A stretch of 64,000 nucleotides of DNA from Thermoanaerobaculia bacterium (GCA_035636095.1 DASPZU010000015.1:15371-79370), one strand, 5' to 3'; numbered from the stretch's first letter, positions 9,576 through 20,289 are shown. The notes: generated by a model from the sequence alone, not told the origin. Program-made: numbers and translations.

Positions 9576-10073
9576 ATGTTCGAGCTCAAGCCGTTGTCGA
9601 AGGAAGCGATCCCGAAAGCGCTGGAGAGAGCGGATCGCTATCGACTGCTCAACGAGCCGGGCGAGGCCGAGAGTATCTGCATGGATGTGCTGGCGGCGGA
9701 GCCTGAAAATCAACGCGCTCTGGTGACGCTCATCCTGGCCCTGACGGATCAATTCGGACAGCAACGGTTCAATGTTGGCGACAATCGATGTGACGAATTC
9801 ATCGCGCGTCTGCACGACAAGTACGAACGCGTGTACTACGCCGGTGTTGTTTGCGAACGGCGAGCGAAGGCCGCCTACAGCCACCATCAGGGTGGAACGA
9901 TGGCCTATGAATGGTTTCGCGATGCCATGGGCTTTTACGAAGAAGCGGAAAAGCTCCGTCCGGCGGGGAACGACGATGCTGTTCTGCGATGGAACACCTG
10001 CGCGCGCATTCTTCAGAGCAATCGCGATCTGCAACCGGCCGAAGAGCAGGGCATCGAGCCCTACCTGGAGTGA
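9576..10073 (+). CDS. Hypothetical protein (about 165 aa, helical, TPR-like?)
   Basis: ATG with GGAAGGAAG upstream. No motif I can name. It is divergent from frdA and overlaps the 3' end of the Rieske gene by about 13 nt. Confidence 0.45.
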   Translation: MFELKPLSKEAIPKALERADRYRLLNEPGEAESICMDVLAAEPENQRALVTLILALTDQFGQQRFNVGDNRCDEFIARLHDKYERVYYAGVVCERRAKAAYSHHQGGTMAYEWFRDAMGFYEEAEKLRPAGNDDAVLRWNTCARILQSNRDLQPAEEQGIEPYLE

Positions 10074-11104
10074 GCCAGCCCCATCGCGTCGGCATACAGC
10101 CCATGAAAGTGATGTACGCCGTTCTCGCGCGCGGGCGAATAGCGGCCGGCGTGGTATGTCGGTGACCGCAGGCCGCGCTGCACCGCTTCGCAGATCTCCA
10201 TGTCTTCGAGCTGGATCTCGTCGCTGAAGGCGATCGTCTCGTCAATCTGCTTTTTCGCGGAATCGGGATCGCGGAAGTACCACTCGAAAATCGTGAGCGT
10301 TCGATCGTGGCCGGCCGGAACGATCAGGTTCGTCGAGAAGTTGTCGGGATAGACGTTGAGCATCAGGTTCGGAAAAATCCAGAAGTACTCCGCTTCACCG
10401 TCGCCTCGAATGCGTTCGGGCCGTTTCAGCGGCGCATGCTGGATCGAGTAATGGGCGCGCGTCTCGGTGCGGTAATTGGGGTAGTCGATTTCGCGGAACA
10501 GCGACGGATGCACGATCGGGATGTGGTAGCCCTCGAGGTAGTTGTCGACGTAGACCTTCCAGTTGCAGTTGACCGACCACTCCTTCCGCGCAGCCAGCCG
10601 GCCTTCGAAGGCATGCCCGGCCAGATCGCCGAGGAATTCCTGGAGGGACGGAGCATCGGGCGAGAGGTTCACGAACAGCAGCCCGTTCCAGGCGTCGATT
10701 CGAAATTTCGGAAGCGCGACCGCCGAACGGTCCCAGCATTCGATGCCCTCCATCTCCAGCGCCGTCCGCAGAGTTCCGTCGAGCGCGTACGTCCAGCCGT
10801 GATAGCCGCACTGCAGCGAAGCGCGTTTTCCGGAGCCTTTCGCGACCGGACCGGCGCGATGCCGGCAGACATTCGACATGGCGCGCAGTACGTTATCGTC
10901 GCCGCGAACGATCAGCAGCGGCTCGTCGGCAACCGTGGTGGTGAAGTATTGGCCGCGCTCCCGAACTTGCTCCGCGTGTCCGGCCAGTTGCCACGTTCGC
11001 GCGAACACGGTTTGATTCTCGGCCGCCAGCACCGCCGGATCGTTGTAGAAGGCCGAAGGGATGGTGGACGCGCGGGAGAGTTGCGGCTCGAATCGATAGC
11101 TCAT
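10061..11104 (-). CDS. Rieske [2Fe-2S] non-heme iron oxygenase, alpha subunit-like
   Basis: Rieske motif CRHRAGPV ... CGYHGWTY. The C-terminal catalytic domain has conserved His/Asp. Its stop overlaps the start of the upstream permease (ATGA). Confidence 0.8.
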   Translation of the reverse strand: MSYRFEPQLSRASTIPSAFYNDPAVLAAENQTVFARTWQLAGHAEQVRERGQYFTTTVADEPLLIVRGDDNVLRAMSNVCRHRAGPVAKGSGKRASLQCGYHGWTYALDGTLRTALEMEGIECWDRSAVALPKFRIDAWNGLLFVNLSPDAPSLQEFLGDLAGHAFEGRLAARKEWSVNCNWKVYVDNYLEGYHIPIVHPSLFREIDYPNYRTETRAHYSIQHAPLKRPERIRGDGEAEYFWIFPNLMLNVYPDNFSTNLIVPAGHDRTLTIFEWYFRDPDSAKKQIDETIAFSDEIQLEDMEICEAVQRGLRSPTYHAGRYSPARENGVHHFHGLYADAMGLAHSR

Positions 11105-12417
11105 GGCGCCGTCTGTCGCTGCTTCAACAGAAGATATACCGGGAAACTGACAGCCAGAACCGCCAGGGCGATCAGACTCTTCCTGGTATCCGACACGATC
11201 GCTCCGACCAGAAACGCGACCGACGCTAGCAGGGCCAGACCGGTGGTGAAAGGATGTCCGATGGCGCGGAAAGGCCTGGAAGCGTCGGGCTCGCGACTGC
11301 GGAGTTTGAATAGTGATATAAATGATAGAGTATAATTAGCTACGAAAAAGAACGATAAAACTGCGATGACCTGATCGAACCGGCCCGACACGATGAAGGC
11401 CGTCGCCATCAGGCTGCTGCACAGCAGCGCGATCTCAGGGGTGCCGCCGGCGTTGACATCCGTCGCGCCGCGCCAGAAAAGACCGTCGCGGCTCATCGCA
11501 AACAGCACCCGTGGCGCCATCAAGACATTCGAGTTCACCGCGCTGATCATCGCTGCGATCGTCAACCAGCGCAGAACATTGTCGGCCAGCGGGCCAAAGA
11601 GATGCTGTACCACCACACCGGCCGCCAGCGGTTCGCCGGCCAGCGTCGGCAGCGGCACGACGCGGAGAAAAGCGACGTTCAACAGCAGATAGATCGCCGT
11701 GACGGCCAGCAAACCGCCGAACGTTGCGCGCGGAATGTTGCGCTGGGACTCCTTCACCTCTTCGGAAAAGTAAATGACCGCCGACCAGCCATCGTAGGTG
11801 TAGATCACTGCCTGCAGCGCCAGGATGAACGCCAGAAAGAGCGATCCCTCCGTCTCGATCTCCATGCTGCTGACGGCCGGATTGCGGCTGCCGAGGATGA
11901 AGCACGCGCTGATCAGAAACAAAAAAGCGGTGCCCTTGAGAAAGCTCGTGACGTCCTGCGACCACCCGCCCCACCGCACGCCCAGCCACTGCACCAGCGT
12001 GAGCACCGCGATCAGCGCGATCGCGACGACCTCCACCGCACGCAAATGCTTGACGTGGAGGATGGCGTATTCGCCCACCACCATCGAGACGGCCGCCATC
12101 GTTCCGCAGGTCGAGATCCAATCGCTCCAACCGACCACGAATCCCGCGTAGTCGCCCAGGGCGTGGCGCACGAAAACATATTGCCCGCCTGATTTGGGGA
12201 GCATCGTGCCGAGCTCCGAGAGCGCGTTGGCGCCCAGCAGCGCGTAGATCGCGCCGATGATCCAGACCGAGATGAACGGCCAGAACGTCGGCAGACGCGC
12301 GGCGATCTCGCCCGGCGTCCGGAAAATCCCGGCGCCGATCGTGTTGCCGACGATCACGGCCAGACCAAACGTCAGACCGAGGACGCGGAGCAGAGGACGA
12401 CGTGCCGGACCCAGCAC
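11101..12417 (-). CDS. APC-superfamily amino-acid/amine permease
   Basis: About 12 transmembrane segments. The N-terminus GNTIGAGIFRTPGEIA is typical of the APC family. GTG start at 12417. Confidence 0.85.
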   Translation of the reverse strand: MLGPARRPLLRVLGLTFGLAVIVGNTIGAGIFRTPGEIAARLPTFWPFISVWIIGAIYALLGANALSELGTMLPKSGGQYVFVRHALGDYAGFVVGWSDWISTCGTMAAVSMVVGEYAILHVKHLRAVEVVAIALIAVLTLVQWLGVRWGGWSQDVTSFLKGTAFLFLISACFILGSRNPAVSSMEIETEGSLFLAFILALQAVIYTYDGWSAVIYFSEEVKESQRNIPRATFGGLLAVTAIYLLLNVAFLRVVPLPTLAGEPLAAGVVVQHLFGPLADNVLRWLTIAAMISAVNSNVLMAPRVLFAMSRDGLFWRGATDVNAGGTPEIALLCSSLMATAFIVSGRFDQVIAVLSFFFVANYTLSFISLFKLRSREPDASRPFRAIGHPFTTGLALLASVAFLVGAIVSDTRKSLIALAVLAVSFPVYLLLKQRQTAP

Positions 12418-12429
12418 CTACACAGTGTA

Positions 12430-12462
12430 AAGGACTGGGGACTGAGGACTGAGAGTCAGTCG
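12430..12462 (-). repeat. Heptamer-array hairpin (GGACTGR x3 / GAGTCAGTC) overlapping the stop codon of the DUF4097 gene
   Basis: aaGGACTGGGGACTGAGGACTGAGAGTCAGTCgtc. It lies between two co-directional genes, so it is likely an intrinsic terminator. Confidence 0.5.
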
Positions 12463-13331
12463 TCGCTCTCGCGAACCGAAACCGGCCCGTTGACCGTCGA
12501 CATGCGTACGACAGTTGGTCCCGAGCCGAGCTCGATTTTGCGATTGTCCTCATCGTCCCACGTGCGTCGCGCCTCCCGACACGCGGCCGCGCGGCACGAT
12601 ACCGGACCGTGACCGTCCGATTCGACCACCACGCCCGATCGGAATCCCGCCGGGATTCGGAGGGATGCCGGACCGTTCTGCGTGTGCGCCTCGATGCTGC
12701 CGTCCCAAGTCGTGCCGCGCAGCCTGACCGAAACCGGACCATTCTCTGCGTTCAGCTTCATTGTGCCCGATCCGCCGTCGAGCGAGACCGGGCCGTTCTC
12801 GGTCTCGAGATGCATCGTTCCGCTCGATTCTTTGGCGCAGATGGGACCGTTGGTGGCGTTCGCGGTAACCGTGCCGTTGACGCTCCGGAGCGATATCGGT
12901 CCGTTGTATGTTCTCAGATCAAGGGACGCACCGCGCGGCGCGCGCACGATGAAAAAGACAGTCCATTCGCCGCCGCCGGGACCGTCGGCGGTCACCTCAT
13001 TTCCACTGACTCGAGTTCGTATCTGACTGAGATCCTCGTCATACCAGGCTGCCTTGCAGGCCGTCACTTCGTAACCCGACGACCCTCCTATCACGTAGAC
13101 CCCGCCATTCTGCGGCGCGCGGATGCTGAGCGACCGTGGCGAGCCGACCGGAACGCTCTCTTCGGCTCGAAGTGCCGGCCGATCATTGAAGGTGACGCGT
13201 ACCGCGCCGCAATTGCTCACCAGATCATCGTCATCGATGGACATCGACATTCCGTGATGGCCGTGGCGGCCTGACGCCGAGAGGGTCGTGGCTACCGCGA
13301 AAAGGGAGAGCGCGAGGAGAGTTCTCCGCAT
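12456..13331 (-). CDS. Secreted beta-strand-repeat protein (DUF4097 'putative adhesin'-like)
   Basis: Signal peptide MRRTLLALSLFAVATTLSA. It carries about 10 degenerate repeats containing NGP[IV]S (NGPISLRSVNGTVTANATNGPICAKESSGTMHLETENGPVSLDGGSGTMKLNAENGPVSV...). Confidence 0.65.
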   Translation of the reverse strand: MRRTLLALSLFAVATTLSASGRHGHHGMSMSIDDDDLVSNCGAVRVTFNDRPALRAEESVPVGSPRSLSIRAPQNGGVYVIGGSSGYEVTACKAAWYDEDLSQIRTRVSGNEVTADGPGGGEWTVFFIVRAPRGASLDLRTYNGPISLRSVNGTVTANATNGPICAKESSGTMHLETENGPVSLDGGSGTMKLNAENGPVSVRLRGTTWDGSIEAHTQNGPASLRIPAGFRSGVVVESDGHGPVSCRAAACREARRTWDDEDNRKIELGSGPTVVRMSTVNGPVSVRESDD

Positions 13332-13390
13332 GACAGTTACCTCCGTTCGTACCTATGGACGGAACAGCGCCATGAAAGTTAGCATCACCC

Positions 13391-14191
13391 ATGCAAATCG
13401 TTCTTCTCACCATCCTCCTCGCCACTCCGGTGCAAACGTGGTACGGGCATTACGAGCGCGGACTGCGACTCGTCCAGGAAGGCCAACCGGTAGCGGCGCG
13501 CTCGGAGCTCGAGGCCGCTTATTCGCTTCGCGGCAAGGAACAGCTTCAGGCAGCGACGCGCCCTCAGGAGTACATCGACTATCTGCCCCATCTGTATCTG
13601 GCGATTGCCAATCAGATGGCGGGAGACATCGAGAGCGCGCGCAAGCACCTCACGCAGGCCGAGGATAGCGGAGTGGCCGCGAAGAGCGAGGTCGGCCGCC
13701 CGCTGCTGATCGCGTATCAACTCCTGCTTCGTGGAGACGCAACCGGGAAGTACAGCCGTCCGGCCTATGCCGTGTACACCGCCAGGCCGCCGGTGATCAG
13801 CGATGCCGAATTCAAGCAATTGCGGCAGGACGTGATGACGAAATGCAACATACCGCCTGATTCGAAGCACGCTCCGTGGTACGCGCGGTACGAATTGGGT
13901 CTCGAGCTCGAACGCAAAGGCGACTACTCCCGCGCCCTCGGCGAACTGATCGAGGCGGTGGCGCTGCGACCGAATCCGCAACAACGCGCGCGGATGTACG
14001 GCATGTGGCTGATCGATTACTACCCGTACTTCCACATCGCGCGATCGCACGTACGGCTGGAGAACTGGCAATGCGCGAAGAACGCGCTCGACATCTCGCA
14101 AAAAGTCAACGAGATCCCGCCCGCCGCCCCTGAATTTGCCGAGTTCCTGGCGTTACAACAGGAGACCGCGAAGAAGCTCGCGGAGAAGTAA
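13391..14191 (+). CDS. Hypothetical secreted helical-repeat (TPR-like) protein
   Basis: ATG start and hydrophobic N-terminus. No catalytic motif. Confidence 0.45.
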   Translation: MQIVLLTILLATPVQTWYGHYERGLRLVQEGQPVAARSELEAAYSLRGKEQLQAATRPQEYIDYLPHLYLAIANQMAGDIESARKHLTQAEDSGVAAKSEVGRPLLIAYQLLLRGDATGKYSRPAYAVYTARPPVISDAEFKQLRQDVMTKCNIPPDSKHAPWYARYELGLELERKGDYSRALGELIEAVALRPNPQQRARMYGMWLIDYYPYFHIARSHVRLENWQCAKNALDISQKVNEIPPAAPEFAEFLALQQETAKKLAEK

Positions 14192-14195
14192 GTTT

Positions 14196-14267
14196 GGTAA
14201 GGCCGGTAAGGCGGGTAAGTAGGGTGGTAGCCCCGTCTTACCGGCCTTACGTCCTTACTGTCCTTAC
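14196..14267 (+). repeat. Hairpin built from a 9-nt tandem unit (GGTAAGGCS x3-4 / inverse CTTACNGKC) between convergent genes
   Basis: GGTAAGGCCGGTAAGGCGGGTAAGTAGGGTGGTAGccccGTCTTACCGGCCTTACGTCCTTACTGTCCTTA. It spans both stop codons. Confidence 0.55.
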
Positions 14268-16147
14268 ATCGTAATGACCAGCTCCACGCGCCGATTCTGA
14301 CTTCGTCCCGAAACGGTCTTGTTGCTCGAGACCGGATCGGCCTCGCCTTTTCCGGTCGCGGTGATGTGATCCTCGGGGATGCCGAGGGAAACCAGATAGT
14401 CGCGGACGGCCTGTGCGCGCTTTTCTGAGATCGTCATGTTCTTCTCAGCTTTTCCGACGTTGTCGGTGTGTCCTTCGACCGACACGCGAATGTTCTCATT
14501 CGCTTTGAGCTGATTCGCGATTCTCTGAAGCGTTTTCTTCGCGCTGGGCTTCAACGTCGTCTTACCGGGATCGAATGAAACGCTGGGCAGCGTCACGACG
14601 AGTCCGCGCGATTCGTTCTTCGTCGCGGCGATGGCCGCAAGATGTTGTTGCAACCGGAGCTGTTGCGCTTCAGCGTCACGGCGCGCGAGCTCCTCACGAG
14701 TACGCGCAAGCTCGGCCTGCGCTGACTGCGCGGCCTGACGCGATTTCTCCGCGTCGTACGCGCTCGCCTGCGCCTGCTGCGTCAGTTGCTGCTGCTGCGC
14801 TGAGGCTTGCTGCTGCGCCGCCTGCAACTGTTGTTGCGCTTGTGCCGCTTGCGACTGCGCGGCCTCGGCAGCCCGTGCCTGCTGCTGTGCCTGGGCTTGT
14901 GCCTGCTCGATCTGAGCGCGCAGCGCTTGCGCCTGCGCTTCGAGCTGCTGCCGCTGTTGCTGCGCCGCCATGATGGCAGCTTCGTGCCGCCGCTCAATCT
15001 CGCCGCGGGCGGTGACATCCAACTGCAGCTCGCGCTGATACTGATCGAGCTGCGCTTGACGCTGTGTCAAATCGGCCTGCTGATTCGCGTCGGTTCGAGC
15101 GGTGGTGATGTCCGCCGACAGTGCCTGGGCATCGAGTTTTTCGCGCTCCTGCACCGTTCGCAACGCGATCTCCGCATCTTCAACCTGACGGCGCAGACGA
15201 TCGAGATCGGCGGAATTGCCGTTGACCGCGGCGGATTCGTACTGACGCATCGCCGCATCGAGTTTCGTCTCGGCGTCGAGACGGGCAGCGCGATCGCTTT
15301 CGATGCGCGTCTGCATCGCGCGACGCGTCTCATCGACTTGCGCCCGCAACCGCTCCAGCTCCTCGGCCTGCATCTGACGGTTGGCCTGCTCGGCCGCCAG
15401 TTGCCGCTGCAGCTCCGCCGTCCGGCGTTCGACTTCTTCGCGCTGCGCGCGCTCCTGATTCGCCTGCTGTTCGCTGTAGGTTTGGGCCAGACGCGTCCGC
15501 TGCAGTTGAACGTCGGGCAGAGAGCGACTCGCCTCGTTGAAGCGCGCCATGTAGTACGCACGGCGCGCGATCATCTCCCCGATGTAGGCCTGATAATCGG
15601 CCACGTCGGAATTGCTCGACGCGCGGCGCGCGCTCGCGACATAGGACTCGGCCGTCTTCAGATCGTTGTCCGCCACCAGCCGTTCGGCGCCGGCAGCGCG
15701 GGCCTGATCGATGGCCGCCTGCGCGGCAGCGATGCGCTCACTGGTGGGCCCGCCGCGCCGGTAATCGATGTTCGGATCTTCAGTCATGAGACTGACGTTC
15801 GACGCTCCGCCGAAACGACGGATGTCGATCTGAAGATTGGCGATGGTGGCATTGGTGGCAAGCCATCGGGCTTTGGCTCGTGCGGCCTCAGCGGCGAAGA
15901 TCGCCTCTCGCGCGCGCATCTCGGCTTGCGCCTGCATCGACGACTTCGATGAATTGATGTTGTCCTGCGCGAAGCGGATGCGGTAAGCCGCATCGTCGTA
16001 CAGACTCCTGGCGTAGATTTGCGCACCGGCCGCGTCTGCCAGCGTGAGCGCTTGCTGAGCCTGGCTGATGATTGCGACGTTCTGTTGTGCCGCCAGTGGG
16101 AGCGCCACCAGCCCGACGGCCACAACCCATCGGATGATTCGTTGCAT
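14264..16147 (-). CDS. OmpA-family peptidoglycan-binding protein with a very long Q/A-rich coiled coil
   Basis: Signal peptide MQRIIRWVVAVGLVALPLAA. About 450 aa of heptad-like A/Q/R/E-rich sequence. The C-terminal OmpA_C domain reads ...TLPSVSFDPGKTTL...HTDNVGKAEKNMTISEKRAQAV...NRRVEL. Confidence 0.85.
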   Translation of the reverse strand: MQRIIRWVVAVGLVALPLAAQQNVAIISQAQQALTLADAAGAQIYARSLYDDAAYRIRFAQDNINSSKSSMQAQAEMRAREAIFAAEAARAKARWLATNATIANLQIDIRRFGGASNVSLMTEDPNIDYRRGGPTSERIAAAQAAIDQARAAGAERLVADNDLKTAESYVASARRASSNSDVADYQAYIGEMIARRAYYMARFNEASRSLPDVQLQRTRLAQTYSEQQANQERAQREEVERRTAELQRQLAAEQANRQMQAEELERLRAQVDETRRAMQTRIESDRAARLDAETKLDAAMRQYESAAVNGNSADLDRLRRQVEDAEIALRTVQEREKLDAQALSADITTARTDANQQADLTQRQAQLDQYQRELQLDVTARGEIERRHEAAIMAAQQQRQQLEAQAQALRAQIEQAQAQAQQQARAAEAAQSQAAQAQQQLQAAQQQASAQQQQLTQQAQASAYDAEKSRQAAQSAQAELARTREELARRDAEAQQLRLQQHLAAIAATKNESRGLVVTLPSVSFDPGKTTLKPSAKKTLQRIANQLKANENIRVSVEGHTDNVGKAEKNMTISEKRAQAVRDYLVSLGIPEDHITATGKGEADPVSSNKTVSGRSQNRRVELVITM

Positions 16148-16207
16148 ATGACCTCCTCAGAGCCTGCGAGGAAGCGTTGCAAGAGGGGTGCTAATGCACG
16201 CGTGACG

Positions 16208-17752
16208 CTACGACGCCGGCGTTTCGCGAGTCCCTGACGTGTACGCGCCGCCCGCGCCGTGCTCGGCGATCTCCTTGGCGAGATTCACCGACATCACACT
16301 GTGCTTGCGGCCGTAGCTGAAATAGATCACCAGGCCGATTCCCATCCACAGGAAAAGGCGCCACCAGTTCTCCCACGGCAGCGAGAACATCAGCATCAGG
16401 CAGCAGAGCACGCCCATGATCGGGACGAACGGCACCCACGGGCAGCGGAACGGCCGCTCCGCATTCGGATACTTCTTGCGCATGATGAGGACTGCGGTGC
16501 ACACGATCGCGAATGCGAACAGAGTCCCGATGTTGGTGAGCAGCAGCAGGAATTCGAGCGGCAAGAAGCCAGCGGCGAGAACGACGCCGGAGCCAATCAG
16601 AATCGTGGACTTCCATGGCGTTCGGAACTTCGGGTGGACGTCGCCGAAGAATTTACGCGACACGAGTCCGTCGCGCGCCATCGCCAAAAAGACGCGTGGA
16701 CCGGACAACATCATGACGAGCATCACTGAGGTGATGCCGGCGGCGCCGGCAACGGCGATGAGGCCTTCCGCCCACCCGATCCCTTTCTGCTTGAAGGCCA
16801 GGCTGACCGGCGCGTTGATGTCGAGCGTGTCGTACTTCACCATGCCGGTGAGCACGGCCACCACCGCGATGTAGAGGACCGTGCAGACGATGAGCGACGT
16901 CACGATGCCGATCGGCACGTCGCGCTGCGGGTTGCGCGCCTCCTCGGTGTGCGTCGACACGGAGTCGAAGCCGATGTACGCGAAAAAGATGATGGCCGCA
17001 CCGGCTAACATCCCCACCGGTTGTCCTCCGGCGTTTTGTTGTCCCGCGATTGGATGGCCGAAGAAGTTGAGCCCCGTCCAGCCGTACGGCGCGAAGGGAT
17101 GCCAGTTGGCCGGATCGATGTAGAAAGCACCGACCACGATGACGAAGATGACCGCCGCGACTTTGATGGCGACCATGATCGCGTTGAAGGACGCGCTCTC
17201 CTGAATTCCCTTTACCAGGATCATCGTGATGATGGTGACGATCACGATGGCAGGGAGATTCATCAGTGAACCGGTGCTTTCGAGGTGACCCTGGACAAAT
17301 CGCCAGGGACTGAGCTGCAACGTCTTTGGAAGAACGATTCCCACCTTGGCCAGGACGTTCTGAAAGTAGCCCGACCAGCCGGTGGCGACGGTGGCGCTGC
17401 CGACGGCGTATTCGAGGACGAGATCCCAGCCGATGATCCAGGCGAACAGCTCGCCCATGGTCGCGTAGGCGTACGTGTACGCCGAGCCGGCCACCGGAAC
17501 CATCGATGCGAACTCCGCGTAGCAGAGCGCCGCGAAGACGCAGGTGATGCCGGCCACGGTGTACGAGAGCATCAGCGCAGGGCCGCCGACGTTGTGCGCG
17601 GCGGCGCCGGTGGCGACGAAGATTCCGGCGCCGATGATCGCGCCAATGCCGAGCGATGTCAGCTGAATCGGACCGAGGATGCGGCGGAGCCGGTGCTCCC
17701 CCTTCATTTCCTCGAGCAACAGCTCGAGGGGCTTGCGGTCAAAGAGACCCAT
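16208..17752 (-). CDS. APC-family amino-acid permease (cationic/YhdG-like)
   Basis: SLGIGAIIGAGIFVATG...SYTVAGITCVFAALCYAEFASMVP is typical. 12-14 transmembrane segments. Confidence 0.85.
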   Translation of the reverse strand: MGLFDRKPLELLLEEMKGEHRLRRILGPIQLTSLGIGAIIGAGIFVATGAAAHNVGGPALMLSYTVAGITCVFAALCYAEFASMVPVAGSAYTYAYATMGELFAWIIGWDLVLEYAVGSATVATGWSGYFQNVLAKVGIVLPKTLQLSPWRFVQGHLESTGSLMNLPAIVIVTIITMILVKGIQESASFNAIMVAIKVAAVIFVIVVGAFYIDPANWHPFAPYGWTGLNFFGHPIAGQQNAGGQPVGMLAGAAIIFFAYIGFDSVSTHTEEARNPQRDVPIGIVTSLIVCTVLYIAVVAVLTGMVKYDTLDINAPVSLAFKQKGIGWAEGLIAVAGAAGITSVMLVMMLSGPRVFLAMARDGLVSRKFFGDVHPKFRTPWKSTILIGSGVVLAAGFLPLEFLLLLTNIGTLFAFAIVCTAVLIMRKKYPNAERPFRCPWVPFVPIMGVLCCLMLMFSLPWENWWRLFLWMGIGLVIYFSYGRKHSVMSVNLAKEIAEHGAGGAYTSGTRETPAS

Positions 17753-17784
17753 CGTCGTTTCGTCCTTTCGGGCGGCATCTTACA

Positions 17785-18485
<701 letters not shown>

Positions 18486-18489
<4 letters not shown>

Positions 18490-19256
18490 GCTTCCACCGG
18501 CTCGCCGAGGTAGGCCTCGATCACCACGGGATTGGCGCGGACCTCGGCCGGCGTGCCGTGCGCGATGGTCTTGCCGAAGTTGAGGACCACGATGCGCTCG
18601 CAGATGCCCATCACCAGTTCCATGTTATGTTCGATAAGTAATATCGTGACATTAAATCGATCGCGTATTTCGTGTATCTTTTCCATCAGCGCGATCGTTT
18701 CGCCGGTGTTCAGCCCCGCCGCCGGCTCGTCGAGCAGCAGCAGCTTCGGACGGGCGGCCAGTGCCCGCGCGATCTCGAGCCGCCGCTGATCGCCATAGGG
18801 CAGATTCCTGGAATCGTCGCGCGCGCGCCGATCCAGATTGAAGATGCGGAGCAGCTCGATGGCCTCGGCTTCCGCCGCCTCTTCCGCCTGACGGAAGCGC
18901 GTGGTGTGCAGGACCGCGGAAGTGCCGGAGTACTGGTAGTGGATGTGGCCGCCGATCTTGACGTTGTCGAGGACCGTCAGCTCTTTGAAGAGGCGGATGT
19001 TTTGAAACGTGCGCGCCACGCCCAGCGCGGTGATCTGGAATGGCTTGAGTCCAAGCGTCGACTTTCCCTCGAAGAAAACCTCTCCCTCGCTCGGTTGATA
19101 CTCGCCGGTCAGGATGTTGAAGACGGTGGTCTTACCCGCGCCGTTCGGTCCGATCAATCCGACCAGCTCGTGCGGCTCGATGGCAAGATTGAAATCGGCG
19201 ACGGCGGTCAGGCCGCCAAACCGGATGGTGACGTGTTTAGTTTCGAGAAGCGGCAT
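18486..19256 (-). CDS. livG: Branched-chain amino-acid ABC transporter ATP-binding protein LivG
   Basis: Walker A GPNGAGKTT, and the LivG-specific insertion with a C-terminal extension. Confidence 0.9.
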
Positions 19257-20289
19257 CCGGCTCCTCGGTCGGGGCGTCTTTGCGCCGCGACAAAACCTGC
19301 CACAGCTCGCGCCGGCCTAACAGACCCTGCGGCCGCGTCAGCATCAACACGATCAGAGTGATCGCGTAGACAATCATCCGCGGATCTTTTCCGCCCGGGA
19401 TGTAGTTCTTCACGTCGCGGAGCACTTCCACCAGCACCGTGAGCACGGTCGCGGAAACGATCGAACCGGAAATGGAGCCCAGGCCGCCCAGCACGACGAT
19501 GACCACGATCTCGAATGACTTGATGAACTCGAACGTGCGCGGATTCAGGTACATCACGTAATGAGCGAACAGGCCGCCTGCGACGCCCGCCAGAAACGAG
19601 CTGATGACGAAGGCCTTCACCTTGTATCGCGTGGTGTCGACGCCCATGGCCTCGGCCGCGATCTGGTCTTCACGCACTGCCAGGAATGCGCGACCTACGG
19701 ACGACCTCACCAGTCGCCACGAAATCAGAGTAGTGACGCCGACGAAAAAGTAGACCCAGAAAAAATTGGCCCACTTCGGAATCCCCGATAATCCGCGCGC
19801 CGCGCCGACTTTGTCAGTGTTGAGAATGAGCACACGAATGATCTCGCCAAAGCCCAGCGTGACGATGGCGAGGTAATCGCCCCTGAGGCGCAGCGACGGG
19901 AGGCCGACCAGGTATCCCGCGACTGCAGTCGCCAATCCGCCGCCCAGCACGGCCACGATGAGCAACCCGTTCTGCAGCAGCCATTGCTGCGTCCCCTCCG
20001 GAAACTTGCTCACGTAGGGCAGGAAATAGAAAACGGTCAGGAAGGAGGCGAAGTAGGCGCCCAGAGCCATGAAGCCGGCGTGCCCAAGAGAAAATTGTCC
20101 GGCGTGACCGCTGATGATGTTCAGCGAAACCGCCAGCATGATGTTGATCCCGACCAGCACGATGATGCGCTGGTAGTAGAGGATGCCGGCGATGTGGATG
20201 GCGTCGAGCCCGTACGACGCGCCGATCAGAATGGCGACGAAGATCGCGGCGTAGGTCAGGTCGCGCAGCCACCAGGGCAGGCGTTTCAA
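19237..20289 (-). CDS. livM: Branched-chain amino-acid ABC transporter permease LivM
   Basis: Polytopic permease 3' to livH. TTG start. Confidence 0.85.
   Translation of the reverse strand: MKRLPWWLRDLTYAAIFVAILIGASYGLDAIHIAGILYYQRIIVLVGINIMLAVSLNIISGHAGQFSLGHAGFMALGAYFASFLTVFYFLPYVSKFPEGTQQWLLQNGLLIVAVLGGGLATAVAGYLVGLPSLRLRGDYLAIVTLGFGEIIRVLILNTDKVGAARGLSGIPKWANFFWVYFFVGVTTLISWRLVRSSVGRAFLAVREDQIAAEAMGVDTTRYKVKAFVISSFLAGVAGGLFAHYVMYLNPRTFEFIKSFEIVVIVVLGGLGSISGSIVSATVLTVLVEVLRDVKNYIPGGKDPRMIVYAITLIVLMLTRPQGLLGRRELWQVLSRRKDAPTEEPDAASRN

Noticed and set aside
14807-15952. 381-aa plus-strand ORF rich in L/R
   Set aside because: It is the mirror image of the CAG/CTG low-complexity coiled-coil region of the OmpA gene, and is not coding.
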